This document shows, piece by piece, positions 1-10,516 of a DNA stretch of 50,845 nucleotides. Position numbers and translations under genes: made by a program. This DNA comes from Elusimicrobiota bacterium (GTDB lineage: Bacteria > Elusimicrobiota > Elusimicrobia > UBA1565 > UBA9628). The DNA lies in contig JAMPYD010000001.1 of the NCBI GenBank assembly GCA_023700845.1, positions 1-50,845 on the forward strand. Direction: 5' to 3'. The notes beneath the pieces are model-generated. The model was not told the DNA's origin and made no database searches. It worked only from the letters and a program-made list of their open reading frames with translations. How positions within the stretch are numbered: the first letter of the stretch is position 1; every line of letters begins with the position of its first letter.

Positions 1-2708
1 GAGTACATGATCACGTTCAGCGACAGGCGCTTGGCGAGCTCGCGCTGCGCCTCCCCGCCGGGCACCGCCGCGCGCAGCGGCTTGCCCAGCGCGTCCTTGG
101 CCCACGCGCCGAGGACGTCGTCGCGCGTGTACAGCACCGCGACGCGTCCGCCCCAGTCCACGCCCTCGACGGCGCCGTGCACGCGCACGCGCCCGGCGGG
201 CCCGCGCAGCAGGAAGAAGGTCCGGTAAAGGACATGATCCGCCGGCAGCGGCTTGAGGCCCGAGTCCGGCAGCACGCGCGCCAGCTCGCGGCGCACCCAG
301 CGGTCGAAGGAGCCGGGCGGACCGCCGCCGGAGTCCTCGATCCACAGGAACCCGCCGCCGGAGATGAACTGACGCAGGCGCCGCAGCTCGTCGTCCTGGA
401 GCGGGGGCGGAGACGAGGTCCCGGCCAGGTAGACGAACGGCGACGAGAACAGCGCCGGGTCGCGCAGGGAGATGAGGCGGCGCTGGGGGGAGACGCGGAC
501 GCTGGTGACATCTCCAAGCCAGGCGATTAAATGCCCGGGGGAATCTGGATAGGGATCCCAGGTGTCGCCGTGCTGTATCTGCGTCCAGATGAAGCGGTCC
601 CCTTGCTGCGCCCGGGCACGCGAGGGGAACGATCCCAGCCACATTGCCGTTAAAATCGTTGCCGTTAAAATCTTCGCCGTCGGGGCCGCTTTCGAGACCG
701 ACAACGAAACGGATTTCAACGGCAACGACAGGAGCATCTCGAGGACGAGCATCATCGCCGCCAACAAAAGAAGCCAGATCGACAGATCTTTCCCATACAC
801 GGCATCGACGAACTCAGAATCCAGAGAATCAACATCGCTCGATCGCCACGGCGGATTCACCGCCTGCGTCAGATCGCTCTCCCCGCGCGACGCGTCGAGG
901 TTCGCCGCGACCGTGAGATCGCCGCCGCCGTCCTCGAAGGTGTAGAGGCCCGGCATCGACGTCTCCGGCAGCACGGCCCTGCGTCCCGAGACCTCGAGCG
1001 TCGTGCCGCGGCCGTCGGGTCCGCGCACGGTGATCCGGTTCGGAGCCGGCTCGCCGGACGACCAGGACCGGACCACCGGCTCGCCGACCTTCACGCGGCG
1101 GGCCGAGTCCGACGCGGACGCGGCGACCGAGAGGGACAGGCAGGCGCGCGCCCAGGGGATGAAGAACGGCTTGAGGCCCAGGTTCGACCAGCCCGCGTCG
1201 AGCGGCGCGGCCCAGACCACGGCCCGTCCGCGGCCGACGCCGCCGGCGACCAGCAAAGGGGAGCCGGCGCGGTCCGCGGCCCAGACCTCGGAGCCGGCCG
1301 CGGGCTCCAGGGAGTAGGCGCGCGCGACGGCGACCTTGGCCAGATCCAGCTCGTCCCAGCCCGCCGTGGCCTCGCCCGCGCGCGCCGCCCGGACGCCGGA
1401 CGCCGGCTCGCGCGCCGCGCCGAGCCGGGCGGGCAGCCACGGGTAGGCCGCCAGGTCCGCCGCTTCCGCGCGCGCGCCCGGCACGAACCACACCCCGCCG
1501 CCGCGCTCGGCGAAGCCCTCGAGGCCGGCGGACAGGCCCGGGGCGGGACGGCCCGCGTCGGCCAGCAGCACGGTGCCGTACTTCGCCAGGTCCGCCTCGT
1601 TCCACCGCGCCGCCTCCAGGAAGTCGGCGTCGCGCCCGGCCAAGGTCTCGGCGCCGCCGCCGAACAGCTCGCGCAGGAACCAGCCGGGACGTCCGGCCCG
1701 GAAGAACGAGGGGTCCGTATACAGCACGAGGACGCGGGGGGACGGACGGTGGGTCAGGGAGAAGTACGCCTCGTCGTCGGCCGGCAGGGAATCCGCGCGC
1801 GCCGCGACGCGCCCCGCCCAGGCGGGCGCCGACGGCCGCTCCGCCGCCGGGAGGGACATCGCGGCCCGCGTCTCCCCGCCGGCCGGGGCGGACGCGGACG
1901 TCGAGGCGCCGCGGCGCAAGTCGACCCAAAGGTCGACTTGTTTAGTAAACGAACTCCCGGAGGCCGCCAGCTTCACTTCAAGCCGCGGGGCGCGCGCGCT
2001 CGAGTCCGGCGCCGGGCCCGGGGTCCCGAGCCAGGCGTTGGGCAGAACGGGGAAGCGCAGGCCCAGCACGGCCGCGCCTTCGGCCGGCGGCGGCGCGCCT
2101 TCGCGCAGCCCGTGCTCCGCCCCGTCGCCGAGCACGACCACCGCTCGGCGGCGGCCCTTGGGGCTGTCCGCCAAGGCCTTCGCCGCGTCCGCCAGCGCGG
2201 GCGCGACGGCCGTGCCGCGCCACCCCGGACGCGCGGCCGAGAGGGCCGCGTCGGCGGCGCGAGCGTCGCCCCACGCCAGCGGGGCCTTGAGCTTCTCGTC
2301 GAAGACGCCGACCGCCACCCGATCGCCGGGGGCCAGGCGCTTGAGCAGGCGCCGCCCCGCCTCGCGAGCCGCGTCGAAACGGACCGTGACCCCGTCGCGG
2401 GCCCGCGTCGAGTAGGACGCGTCCAGCAGGAGCACGAGATCGAGGCCAGCGGCGCCGGCCGCGGCGTCCCCTCGCCGCGCGGGGGCGGCGGCGGCGAGCA
2501 CGAGGGCCGCGAGCAGGACGCAGCGCGCGGCCATCAGCGCGAGTTCGCGCAGGCGCGCCTTGGGCTTGGCGCGCGCGTCCACGGCGCGCAGCAAGGTCAG
2601 GTCCGAGAACGGCACGCGGCGCGCCGACCGCCGCGACAGCAGATGGAGCACGACGGGTGCTGCCGCGAGCGGCAGCGCCCATAATATCGCCGGGAACCCG
2701 AACCTCAT
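1..2708 (-). CDS. BatA-N-terminal / vWA-domain membrane protein continuing into a DUF4159-like C-terminal domain; 3'-partial, runs off left edge
   Basis: Absent from the ORF track because it has no stop inside the window. My reverse translation from ATG 2708 reads MRFGFPAILWALPLAAAPVVLHLLSRR (Bat N-terminal TM motif), then LVLLLDASYSTRA (vWA MIDAS DxSxS). It ends with GDRFIWTQIQHGDTWDPYPD..FVYLAG..FLWIED..VAVLYTRDDVLGAWAKD (DUF4159-like). The ATG overlaps the DUF58 stop (ATGA). No other minus ORF is listed in this frame, consistent with one open frame. Confidence 0.7.
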   Translation of the reverse strand, partial: MRFGFPAILWALPLAAAPVVLHLLSRRSARRVPFSDLTLLRAVDARAKPKARLRELALMAARCVLLAALVLAAAAPARRGDAAAGAAGLDLVLLLDASYSTRARDGVTVRFDAAREAGRRLLKRLAPGDRVAVGVFDEKLKAPLAWGDARAADAALSAARPGWRGTAVAPALADAAKALADSPKGRRRAVVVLGDGAEHGLREGAPPPAEGAAVLGLRFPVLPNAWLGTPGPAPDSSARAPRLEVKLAASGSSFTKQVDLWVDLRRGASTSASAPAGGETRAAMSLPAAERPSAPAWAGRVAARADSLPADDEAYFSLTHRPSPRVLVLYTDPSFFRAGRPGWFLRELFGGGAETLAGRDADFLEAARWNEADLAKYGTVLLADAGRPAPGLSAGLEGFAERGGGVWFVPGARAEAADLAAYPWLPARLGAAREPASGVRAARAGEATAGWDELDLAKVAVARAYSLEPAAGSEVWAADRAGSPLLVAGGVGRGRAVVWAAPLDAGWSNLGLKPFFIPWARACLSLSVAASASDSARRVKVGEPVVRSWSSGEPAPNRITVRGPDGRGTTLEVSGRRAVLPETSMPGLYTFEDGGGDLTVAANLDASRGESDLTQAVNPPWRSSDVDSLDSEFVDAVYGKDLSIWLLLLAAMMLVLEMLLSLPLKSVSLSVSKAAPTAKILTATILTAMWLGSFPSRARAQQGDRFIWTQIQHGDTWDPYPDSPGHLIAWLGDVTSVRVSPQRRLISLRDPALFSSPFVYLAGTSSPPPLQDDELRRLRQFISGGGFLWIEDSGGGPPGSFDRWVRRELARVLPDSGLKPLPADHVLYRTFFLLRGPAGRVRVHGAVEGVDWGGRVAVLYTRDDVLGAWAKDALGKPLRAAVPGGEAQRELAKRLSLNVIMY
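642..671. repeat. 15-nt tandem duplication (14/15 identical) inside the Bat ORF
   Basis: attgccgttaaaatc / gttgccgttaaaatc. It is in frame on the minus strand and gives ILTAT-ILTAM. It lies in an AT-richer linker between a TM helix and the DUF4159-like part. Confidence 0.8.
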
Positions 2709-3563
2709 CGCGACAGCAGACGGCCCAGAGCCGCCTCCCAGCGCCCGCCCGTCTCCGCCGTCGTATAGGCGATCTGCGCGCGGCGCAGAGCCCCCGCGTA
2801 CGCCTCGGCCTGCCGGGCGAACGCCGCGCGGTACGCCGGCGCCGCTTCCCGCGCGTTGACGAACAAGGGCTCTCCGCCCTCGAGCCCCTCCATGAGGCAC
2901 GGGCCCTCATACGGGAATTCGCGTTCGTCGGCGTCGAGCGTGCGCACCACGAGCACCTCGTGCCGCCTCGCGGAGAGCGAGCGCACGGCCTTGAGCGCCC
3001 CGGCGGTGTCGCCCATGAGGTCCGAGAGCAGGACGACCATCCCGCGCCGCGGGAGCGCTTCGGCGGCGGCCTCGATGGCGCGGGAGAGGTCGGTCTCGCC
3101 GCCGGCCTCGGCCTCGGTCAGCGCCGCGTCGAACGCGCCGAGTTGCGCCGCGCCCGCCCGGGGGGGCAGAGCCAGCTTCGCGTCGACTCCGAACGTCACG
3201 AGCCCGGCCTCGTCGCCCTGCGCCAGCGCCAGCCACGCGACGCCGGCCGCGAGCCTGCGGCCCAGGTCGAGCTTCGACGGCCGCCCCGCCCCGGCGTACG
3301 CCATCGACGCGGAGCGGTCGAGCAGGACGAAGACGGGGATGCGGTCCTCCGCGCGGAACTCTCGCACGTAGAACCGGTCGAGCCGCGCGTAGGCCTTCCA
3401 GTCGATGCTGCGGGACTCGTCGCCGTAGGAGTAGGGGCGATGCTGGGCGAAATCCCGCGAATGGCCCCGCGCCAAGGTCCGGTGCTTGCCCGGCGCGCCC
3501 GACAGGCCCGACGCGCGCCGTGGCGAAAGGGCAAGGCCCTTCAGCCGTGCTTGCGACTCCGGC

Positions 3564-3577
<14 letters not shown>
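2705..3577 (-). CDS. DUF58 (vWA-like) protein, MoxR partner
   Basis: 290-aa ORF with FAQHRPYSYGDESRSIDWKAYARLDRFYVREF and VFVLLDRSASM, typical of the DUF58 proteins that follow MoxR. It overlaps the moxR end by 14 nt. Confidence 0.85.
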
Positions 3578-4552
<975 letters not shown>

Positions 4553-4556
<4 letters not shown>

Positions 4557-5611
4557 GACGATAGCCTAGCGTTTTTGCGCCGAAGGCTCCATATCAGGAG
4601 GATGACGGCGCCGAGGGTCGCCAAGCCCCCGAACGCGAGCGCACGGGGGGAGGCCTCCTTCTTGATCGGGATGCGCGGGGTCGACGCCAGCAGGCCCGGG
4701 ACCGCCGAGGGGCCGGCCTTCAACGCCGCGAGCACCCCGGCCATCAGCTCGTCGGCCGCGGGGCCGCGCCCGAACAGCTGGTAGCCCCAGTAGCCCCAGG
4801 GGAGATAGCCGACGGACAGCTTCTCGCCGCTCGCCGCCGTCGCCCAGGAATGGATCCCGACCGGCCCCGCGGGGGTGGCGGATTCCGCGATGGGGCCGAC
4901 CTTGGCCGCGGGCACGCCCGCCGAGGACGCGGTCAGCTCGCGCACGATCGCGGCCTGCTCGGACGGCTTGGTCGCGTCCGCCTCCGCGAGCTTCTGGAAG
5001 ACGATCTCCGAGCCCGAGCCCTGGATCACGAGCACGAAGCCCTTGGCCGCCTCCGCGTCGAGCAGCGCGCGCGCGCGCAAGCCGCCGCCGAGGGCCAGCT
5101 CGAGCTGGCCGTCGGCGCTGCGCGCCACGCCCCGGCTCTGGATGGCGCCCTCGAGCCTTCCGATCTTGAGCGCGCCGAGCAGGCTGTCGAGCATCGCCTC
5201 CGGCGCGGCGCTCAGGAGGACGGCCAGGTGCGCGGCGTTGCTCACGGAGAACAGGGCGATCACGACCCTCTCCTCGCCTCCGAGCGTCGCGCGCAGGAGC
5301 TGGGCCTTGAGGCCGTTGCGGAACACGCGCGTCTCCACGCGCCCCGTCGTCCGGTAATCGAGCTTGGTCGCCGCGCGCAGGCCGGCCAGCACGTCGTGGA
5401 GATAGCCGCGCACGCCGGCGGGGTTGTCCATCGGCGCCAAGGGCGCCGCCTTCACGAGGAACGAGCTCGTCTCCGGACCCTTCAGCGCGATCACCGCGTT
5501 GCGCGCTCTGCCCTCGTTCGTCACGTCCCGCCAGCCGCCGGGCGGGTCGATGGTGGGGGCGCCGTGAGCGAGGACGGCGTTCAGGAAAGTGAAAACAAGC
5601 GCGTTTCTCAT
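4553..5611 (-). CDS. hypothetical secreted protein with C-terminal TM anchor, first gene of the MoxR operon
   Basis: 352 aa. N-terminal signal-like MRNALVFTFLNAVLAHG and C-terminal hydrophobic GGLATLGAVILLIWSL followed by RRK. It overlaps the moxR start by 4 nt. I recognise no family. Confidence 0.6.
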
Positions 5612-5624
5612 CGGGCGTATTTTA

Positions 5625-6377
5625 TCAGACTTGGCGGCCGGAGGGGACCGCGCGGATGACGCACAGCGACGCCGCGCCCGCCGCGAGGTGCTTGAGGCTG
5701 TGGCCGCTGAGCGCGCCCAAGGCCTCGAGCACCGGACGGTCGTAGAGCTCGAGCGCCTTCGCGGCGGCGTAGAGGGCGACGCCGAGCATGAGCGCCTTGC
5801 CGTCCAGGTTTTTCTTGGGATAGGACAGAAGGATCAGGGGCATGAGGGCTATCGGAAGGAACTGGACGAGGATGTACGGCCGCAGGTCGTCGGTGAGATG
5901 CCAGTAGAGCGCGCTGGCGAGGCCGGCCGCGACGAGGGGGACCAAGGTCTTCGCGTCCGTCACGCGGTCCTCGAGCAGCAAGGCGAACAGGGCCATGAAC
6001 GCGACGGTCATGGGCAGGCGGTCCCACAGCAAGGTCGCCGACGTAGGGCTCAGATGATAGTAGGCCGAGCCCAGGCTCACGAGCGCGATGCCGGCGCACA
6101 AGACGAGGTAGCCGGTCTTCATCCGCGGCGCCGGGCGGCGCGTCAGTCCGTAAAGCCCGACGAGCAGGAAAGGCAGGTTCGAGAGCACGTCGGCGAAGTT
6201 GGGGATGCCGGCGAAGGACCGGACGTCGGCGAACGCGTGGTAGGCGGGGTCCTGGGGAATGGGCGCGTGCAGGGAAAGGGCGACGACGGCGACGGCGGAG
6301 ATGGCGATCAAGACGGCCGCGCTGTGCCTCACTTTCAAGCGCCGACTCCCCTGGAAAGTGCTACTTTCAAGTGCCAC
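5625..6377 (-). CDS. polytopic membrane protein, alkaline-ceramidase-like family (tentative)
   Basis: 250 aa with about 7 hydrophobic helices. FAGIPNFADVLSNLPFLLVG and SAYYHL resemble bacterial ceramidase/PAQR-like proteins. Assignment is by eye only. Confidence 0.5.
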   Translation of the reverse strand: MALESSTFQGSRRLKVRHSAAVLIAISAVAVVALSLHAPIPQDPAYHAFADVRSFAGIPNFADVLSNLPFLLVGLYGLTRRPAPRMKTGYLVLCAGIALVSLGSAYYHLSPTSATLLWDRLPMTVAFMALFALLLEDRVTDAKTLVPLVAAGLASALYWHLTDDLRPYILVQFLPIALMPLILLSYPKKNLDGKALMLGVALYAAAKALELYDRPVLEALGALSGHSLKHLAAGAASLCVIRAVPSGRQV

Positions 6378-6472
6378 ATTGCATACATCAATAGCATCGT
6401 ATTTATATTGATTATTGCAGATCTACGAGCGGATCTTAAGTCTGAAAAGTGCTACATGGTCCGCCTGCCCGA

Positions 6473-6640
6473 TCAGTCGCCGGGGATGCGGGGAGCGCAC
6501 TTGCCGCTGACCATGCCCTCATCGTCGCGGCAGGGGCCGGCGGAGGCGGCCTCGACGTCGGGGTCCTTGGCGGCGGTGTTCCGGAAAACGCAGCCGGAGA
6601 GGGCGGTCGTCACGACGAGCAGCGGGAGGAGGAGTCTCAT
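6473..6640 (-). CDS. small lipoprotein (55 aa), below the ORF-track length cutoff
   Basis: My translation is MRLLLPLLVVTTALSGCVFRNTAAKDPDVEAASAGPCRDDEGMVSGKCAPRIPGD, with lipobox LSGC. Its ATG overlaps the GNAT stop (ATGA at 6637-6640). Confidence 0.5.
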   Translation of the reverse strand: MRLLLPLLVVTTALSGCVFRNTAAKDPDVEAASAGPCRDDEGMVSGKCAPRIPGD

Positions 6641-7122
6641 GGGGTGGACTTCAACTGTAGCACGAACTCGTCGTAGTTCTCACCGGCGGAGTTGGAGAAC
6701 TTATCCTCGCCGATGATCTTGAAGCCGTTGCGCCGGACGACCTTCAGCGAGGCGGCGTTATGCTGGGCGACGCGGGCGTATAACGGGCGGAAGGCGTACT
6801 CCTTCAAGAACAGCCTCAGTGCCTTGGTGGCGACGCCCTTGCCCCAGTGGTCGCGGGAGATCCAGTAGCCGACCTCGCGGTCGGGGCGGACGCGGACGAA
6901 GCAGACGAGGTAGCCGGCGGGGGCGCCGTCGAGCAGGATCAGCTTCTTTTCGACCGACGGGTCCTTGAGGATCTTCTTCCACTGGGCGTAGAAGGGGGCG
7001 CGCTTCTTGGGGATGAAGCCCGCGAGGCGGTTGGCGACGGGGTCGGATTGGTAGGAGTAAAGGATCGGGACGTCGGCGGGCGCGACGTCGCGAAGGGTCA
7101 CGCGCGCGCGGGACCCCTTCAT
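6637..7122 (-). CDS. GNAT family N-acetyltransferase (RimJ/RimL-like)
   Basis: 161 aa. It has the acetyl-CoA motif HWGKGVATKALRLFL and ARVAQHNAASLKVVRRNGF. Confidence 0.85.
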   Translation of the reverse strand: MKGSRARVTLRDVAPADVPILYSYQSDPVANRLAGFIPKKRAPFYAQWKKILKDPSVEKKLILLDGAPAGYLVCFVRVRPDREVGYWISRDHWGKGVATKALRLFLKEYAFRPLYARVAQHNAASLKVVRRNGFKIIGEDKFSNSAGENYDEFVLQLKSTP

Positions 7123-8132
7123 TCGAACGTCAGCACGAGCTTGCCGACCGTCTCGCCCGCCTCGAGCTCCCGGTGCGCGTCGGCCACGCGCTCGACGGGG
7201 AACTCTTTCACCGGCGATTTCTTCAAGAGCCCCTTCGCCATCCAGGCGGAGATCGCGTCGAAGCCGTCCTTGGCGAGCTCGGCCTTGTCGGTGAGGAACA
7301 CGACGTTGAAGCCCATCACGGAGCGGTTGGTCGCCGTCATCTCGAGGGGGGAGAAGCGCGGCACCTTAAGCCAGTTCCAGGCCAGGGACAGCTTCGAGGG
7401 GCGGCCGCCGCGCGGGAACATCTCCGCGAAGCCGTAGATCACGAGCCGCCCCCCGGGCTTGAGCCGCTGGAAGCCGGGACGAGGGGTCGTCACGCCGTTC
7501 GCGTCGAAGATCGCGTCGAACCCTTCCGGCGCCGCGCGATCGACGTCCTTCCAGAGAGCCGGCCCGCGCAGGACCACCGCGTCCGCGCCGAACTCCCGGG
7601 CGACGGCGGCTTTCTTCTCCGAGCCCACCACCGCCACCGTCCTGCAGCCCAGCAGCTTCGCTTGCTGGAGCAAGGCCGTCCCCACGCCGCCCGCCGCGGA
7701 GTGCACCAGCACGGTCTCGCCCGAGCGGACCTTGGCCACGCCCTGGAGAGCGTGATAGGCGGTGAAGTGCACGGCGGGAACGCCCGCGCAATCGGCGAAG
7801 GACCAGTCGGCCGGCATCGGGCGCAGACGCCCGGACGTCACGACCTGGACCGAGGCGTAACCCCCGAACCGCGTGAACCCGAACACGCGGTCGCCCTTCT
7901 TGAAGCCGCCCGCGTCGCCGTCGACGACGCCCGCGAACTCGAAGCCCGGCGTGAGAGGATACTTGCCCTTCGCCGCCTCGTACCAGCCCTCGCGCACGAT
8001 GGTGTCGGCGTAGTTGATCCCCGCCGCGCGCACGCGCACGCGCACCTGGCCGGGAAGGGGGACGGGGTCGGCCTCCTCGACGAGAGCCAGCGCCTCGTGC
8101 CCGCCCGGACGCCGCACCACCACTCTCTTCAT
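7119..8132 (-). CDS. zinc-type (MDR) NAD(P)H quinone oxidoreductase / alcohol dehydrogenase family
   Basis: 337 aa. It has GINYADTIVREGWY, the nucleotide-binding loop HSAAGGVGTALLQ and a GKLVL tail. Confidence 0.88.
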   Translation of the reverse strand: MKRVVVRRPGGHEALALVEEADPVPLPGQVRVRVRAAGINYADTIVREGWYEAAKGKYPLTPGFEFAGVVDGDAGGFKKGDRVFGFTRFGGYASVQVVTSGRLRPMPADWSFADCAGVPAVHFTAYHALQGVAKVRSGETVLVHSAAGGVGTALLQQAKLLGCRTVAVVGSEKKAAVAREFGADAVVLRGPALWKDVDRAAPEGFDAIFDANGVTTPRPGFQRLKPGGRLVIYGFAEMFPRGGRPSKLSLAWNWLKVPRFSPLEMTATNRSVMGFNVVFLTDKAELAKDGFDAISAWMAKGLLKKSPVKEFPVERVADAHRELEAGETVGKLVLTFE

Positions 8133-8147
8133 GGAGACGCATTAAAA

Positions 8148-8153
8148 TATATA
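8148..8153 (+). promoter_or_regulatory. consensus -10 box TATAAT 8 nt upstream of the exbB ATG
   Basis: The divergent intergenic region is only 29 nt (8133-8161) and AT-rich. TATAAT is at 8148-8153 and the ATG at 8162. No Shine-Dalgarno sequence is visible, which suggests a leaderless or near-leaderless mRNA. Confidence 0.35.
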
Positions 8154-8161
8154 ATCACCGC

Positions 8162-8788
8162 ATGGGACAACAGTTCGGAGTCAAAGAGATCCTCGTCGCC
8201 GGCGGCCCCGTCTTGGCCTTCATGATCATCCTGTCGATCTACTGCGTCGCCCTGATCTGGGAGCGCTATAAATTCTTCAAGAGGAGCACCGGCGGCTCCA
8301 CCGAGTTCCTGGCCAAGATCCGCGCCGCCGCCGACGCCGGCAAGCTCCCCGACGCCGCCGCCCTGGCGAAGTCCCACAAGGGCCTGGCCGGAGCCGTCGT
8401 CACCGCGACCTTGACCGGCCCCACGAACCGCGACGAGCGCCGCCGCGCCGCCGAGCGCGCCTCCCAGCGCGCCGTGTCCGAGTTGGAAAGCGGGATCTCG
8501 ACCTTGGGGACGATCGCCTCCGTGGCTCCCTTCATAGGCCTGTTCGGCACCGTCCTCGGCGTCATGCGCGCGTTCAAGGACCTGGCCAGCGCCGCGGGCG
8601 CCGGCCCCGGCCTCGTCGCCGTCGGCATCTCCGAGGCGCTGATCTGCACGGCGGCGGGCCTGCTCGTCGCCATCCCCGCGGTGGCCGCGTTCAACCACTT
8701 CAACCAGAAGATCTCCCGTTTCGAGTCCGAGCTGCGGTGGATGATCGACGAGGTCCTCGACGGCCTCGCCGAGAGGGCCCACCGCTAG
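8162..8788 (+). CDS. exbB: MotA/TolQ/ExbB proton-channel protein
   Basis: 208 aa with three TM segments. GTIASVAPFIGLFGTVLGVMRAF is the family signature. It is followed by exbD and tonB-like genes. Confidence 0.88.
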   Translation: MGQQFGVKEILVAGGPVLAFMIILSIYCVALIWERYKFFKRSTGGSTEFLAKIRAAADAGKLPDAAALAKSHKGLAGAVVTATLTGPTNRDERRRAAERASQRAVSELESGISTLGTIASVAPFIGLFGTVLGVMRAFKDLASAAGAGPGLVAVGISEALICTAAGLLVAIPAVAAFNHFNQKISRFESELRWMIDEVLDGLAERAHR

Positions 8789-8792
8789 GCCC

Positions 8793-9212
8793 ATGCACGT
8801 CGATTCGAGCGGCCCCCGCCGCCGCCGCGTGTTCGCGGAGATGAACTTAGTGCCGTTGATCGATGTCTCACTGATCCTGGTGATCATCTTCATGGTGCTG
8901 ACCCCGATCCTCGTCAACCATCAGCTGACGGTGAAGCTGCCCAAGGCCTCGTCCGGGGCGCCCGCCGCCCAGGACAGCGCCGTGACCATCCAGATCTCGC
9001 GCAGCGGCGCGGTCACCATCGAGGGGATCGCCGTGAAGTGGGACAAGGTGGAGCGCGAGATGACCTTGCGCCTGTCGAAGGCCTCCGGCAAGACCGTGCT
9101 CGTGCAGGCCGACCGGCTGACGCCGGTGGAGAAGGTGGTGACCGTGCTCGACTTCGCCAAGAAGCTCGGAGTCGGCAAGCTCGGCATCGGAGTCACCCCG
9201 GACGCGTCATGA
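8793..9212 (+). CDS. exbD: ExbD/TolR biopolymer transport protein
   Basis: 139 aa. It has the N-terminal motif EMNLVPLIDVSLILVIIFMV and a periplasmic domain. Confidence 0.88.
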   Translation: MHVDSSGPRRRRVFAEMNLVPLIDVSLILVIIFMVLTPILVNHQLTVKLPKASSGAPAAQDSAVTIQISRSGAVTIEGIAVKWDKVEREMTLRLSKASGKTVLVQADRLTPVEKVVTVLDFAKKLGVGKLGIGVTPDAS

Positions 9213-9916
9213 CCGGCGCGCTGAAGCCCTATCTCGCGGGCTCCACCGGTCTTCACGTCGCCGTGATGCTCGCCCTGGCGCTGTACGCGCCCAGCGCCCT
9301 CAAAAAGGCGGACAAGGTGTACATGATCGATTTCGTGGGCGGGCCCGCCGTGCTGCAGTCGGCCGGGCCGGCGGCCGCCGCCAAGCCCGAGCCGGAGGCC
9401 GCGCCGGCCAAGCCCTCCCAGCAAGCGACCGATCCCGATTCCTTCGCGACGAAGAAGAACCGCGCCGTGGCGTTGCCCCGGCCGAGTCTGCTGCAGGGCT
9501 GGACGGAACGCAAGGCGCCGCCCAAGCCCTCGTTGATGTCCTCCGGAGGCGAGGCCTCGATGAGCCAGGCGCCGGGCCCGGCGGGGGGGATGCCCGGCGA
9601 CGCCGCCGGGATCTCGACCGACCTGCCGAACTTCCCATACCCCTGGTACATCACCCAGGTGAGGCAGATGCTGTGGAACGCCTGGCGAAAGCGCATGCCG
9701 GCGGCCTCCGGCGAGGGCGTGGTGGTGTTCTCCATCGTGCGCAACGGCGCGTTCGTGGACCTGAGGATGGAGTCGAGCTCGGGAGACGCCGGCTTCGACG
9801 AGGCGGCGGTCGAGGCGGTGCAGGCCGCGGCGCCGTTCCCCGCCCTTCCGTCGGACTTCGGGGAGCCCTTCCTGAAGATCCACCTGTCGCTGAAGTCGGA
9901 GGCCTCGTGGCGCTGA
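9209..9916 (+). CDS. tonB: TonB-family energy transducer (C-terminal TonB domain)
   Basis: I chose the ATG at 9209, which overlaps the exbD stop (ATGA); the track's 9038 start lies inside exbD. The protein has a TM segment, a Pro/Ala/Lys-rich linker and the C-terminal domain GVVVFSIVRNGAFVDLRMESSSGDAGFDEAAVEAVQAAAPFPALP. Confidence 0.75.
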   Translation: MTGALKPYLAGSTGLHVAVMLALALYAPSALKKADKVYMIDFVGGPAVLQSAGPAAAAKPEPEAAPAKPSQQATDPDSFATKKNRAVALPRPSLLQGWTERKAPPKPSLMSSGGEASMSQAPGPAGGMPGDAAGISTDLPNFPYPWYITQVRQMLWNAWRKRMPAASGEGVVVFSIVRNGAFVDLRMESSSGDAGFDEAAVEAVQAAAPFPALPSDFGEPFLKIHLSLKSEASWR

Positions 9917-10290
9917 TCCGCTCTTTGCTGTTCGGCATGGGCGTCTACGGCCTGATCGCCGTGTGCTACCCGGACTGGACCGGCCAGATCTATCACGTGC
10001 TGGTGCTGTCGGCGATCGCCGGCGGCTCGGTCCTGGTGTGGTTCCTCGACAAGATCCTGGACCTGGGCAGCGGCGCGGCCAAGGTCGGGCTCGAGCTGTC
10101 CTTCCTGCTGACGATCGCGCTGTTCCTCGGCTACACGATGCCCCAGAAGAGCGGCAAGCCTCCCATCGAGCAGTGGATGCAGGGCGTGCGGCCGACGCGC
10201 GACACCGCGCGGCGGGGCTTCGACCGCCTGGGCGTCAACCCCGGCGGCCCGGTGGCCTCGCGCGTCGTCGACCTGTTCCCGAAGCGCTAA
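9907..10290 (+). CDS. small hypothetical membrane protein
   Basis: The GTG at 9907 overlaps the tonB end. Hydrophobic helices include LLFGMGVYGLIAVCY, VLVLSAIAGGSVLVWF and LSFLLTIALFLGY. The start is uncertain. Confidence 0.45.
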   Translation: MALIRSLLFGMGVYGLIAVCYPDWTGQIYHVLVLSAIAGGSVLVWFLDKILDLGSGAAKVGLELSFLLTIALFLGYTMPQKSGKPPIEQWMQGVRPTRDTARRGFDRLGVNPGGPVASRVVDLFPKR

Positions 10291-10505
10291 CGCGGCTTGT
10301 GACGTCGCGCGGGACGCCGCCAGGGCTTCTCCCGCATCGTGATGAGGAACTCCGGACCCGCGCGGCGGCGCTGGGCGTGCCAGGCTTCGAACTGGCCCCG
10401 GGTCAGCCGTCCCTCCAGGATCGCCGCGAGTATCTCGGCCCCATCCACGCCCCGCGCCTTCCCGCGCGCCGCTCTTCCATGCTTTCGCGTCATGTTCGCC
10501 TCCAA
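10287..10505 (-). CDS. hypothetical small basic protein
   Basis: 72-aa ORF downstream of the histidine kinase on the same strand. Third codon positions are mostly G/C, as in neighbouring genes. I recognise no family. Confidence 0.3.
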   Translation of the reverse strand: MEANMTRKHGRAARGKARGVDGAEILAAILEGRLTRGQFEAWHAQRRRAGPEFLITMREKPWRRPARRHKPR

Positions 10506-10516
10506 CCCTCTCCCGC

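Noticed and set aside
829-2910. Track ORFs 829-1929(-), 1978-2910(-), 1573-2415(+) and 1749-2684(+)
   Set aside because: These are Arg-rich shadow frames overlapping the real Bat/vWA frame (codon starts at 2708, 2705 and so on), which is open to the window edge.
9038-9208. Upstream extension of the TonB ORF (track start 9038)
   Set aside because: The extension lies inside exbD in another frame and is Arg/Gly-rich. The ATG at 9209 gives ATGA coupling and a proper N-terminal TM helix.
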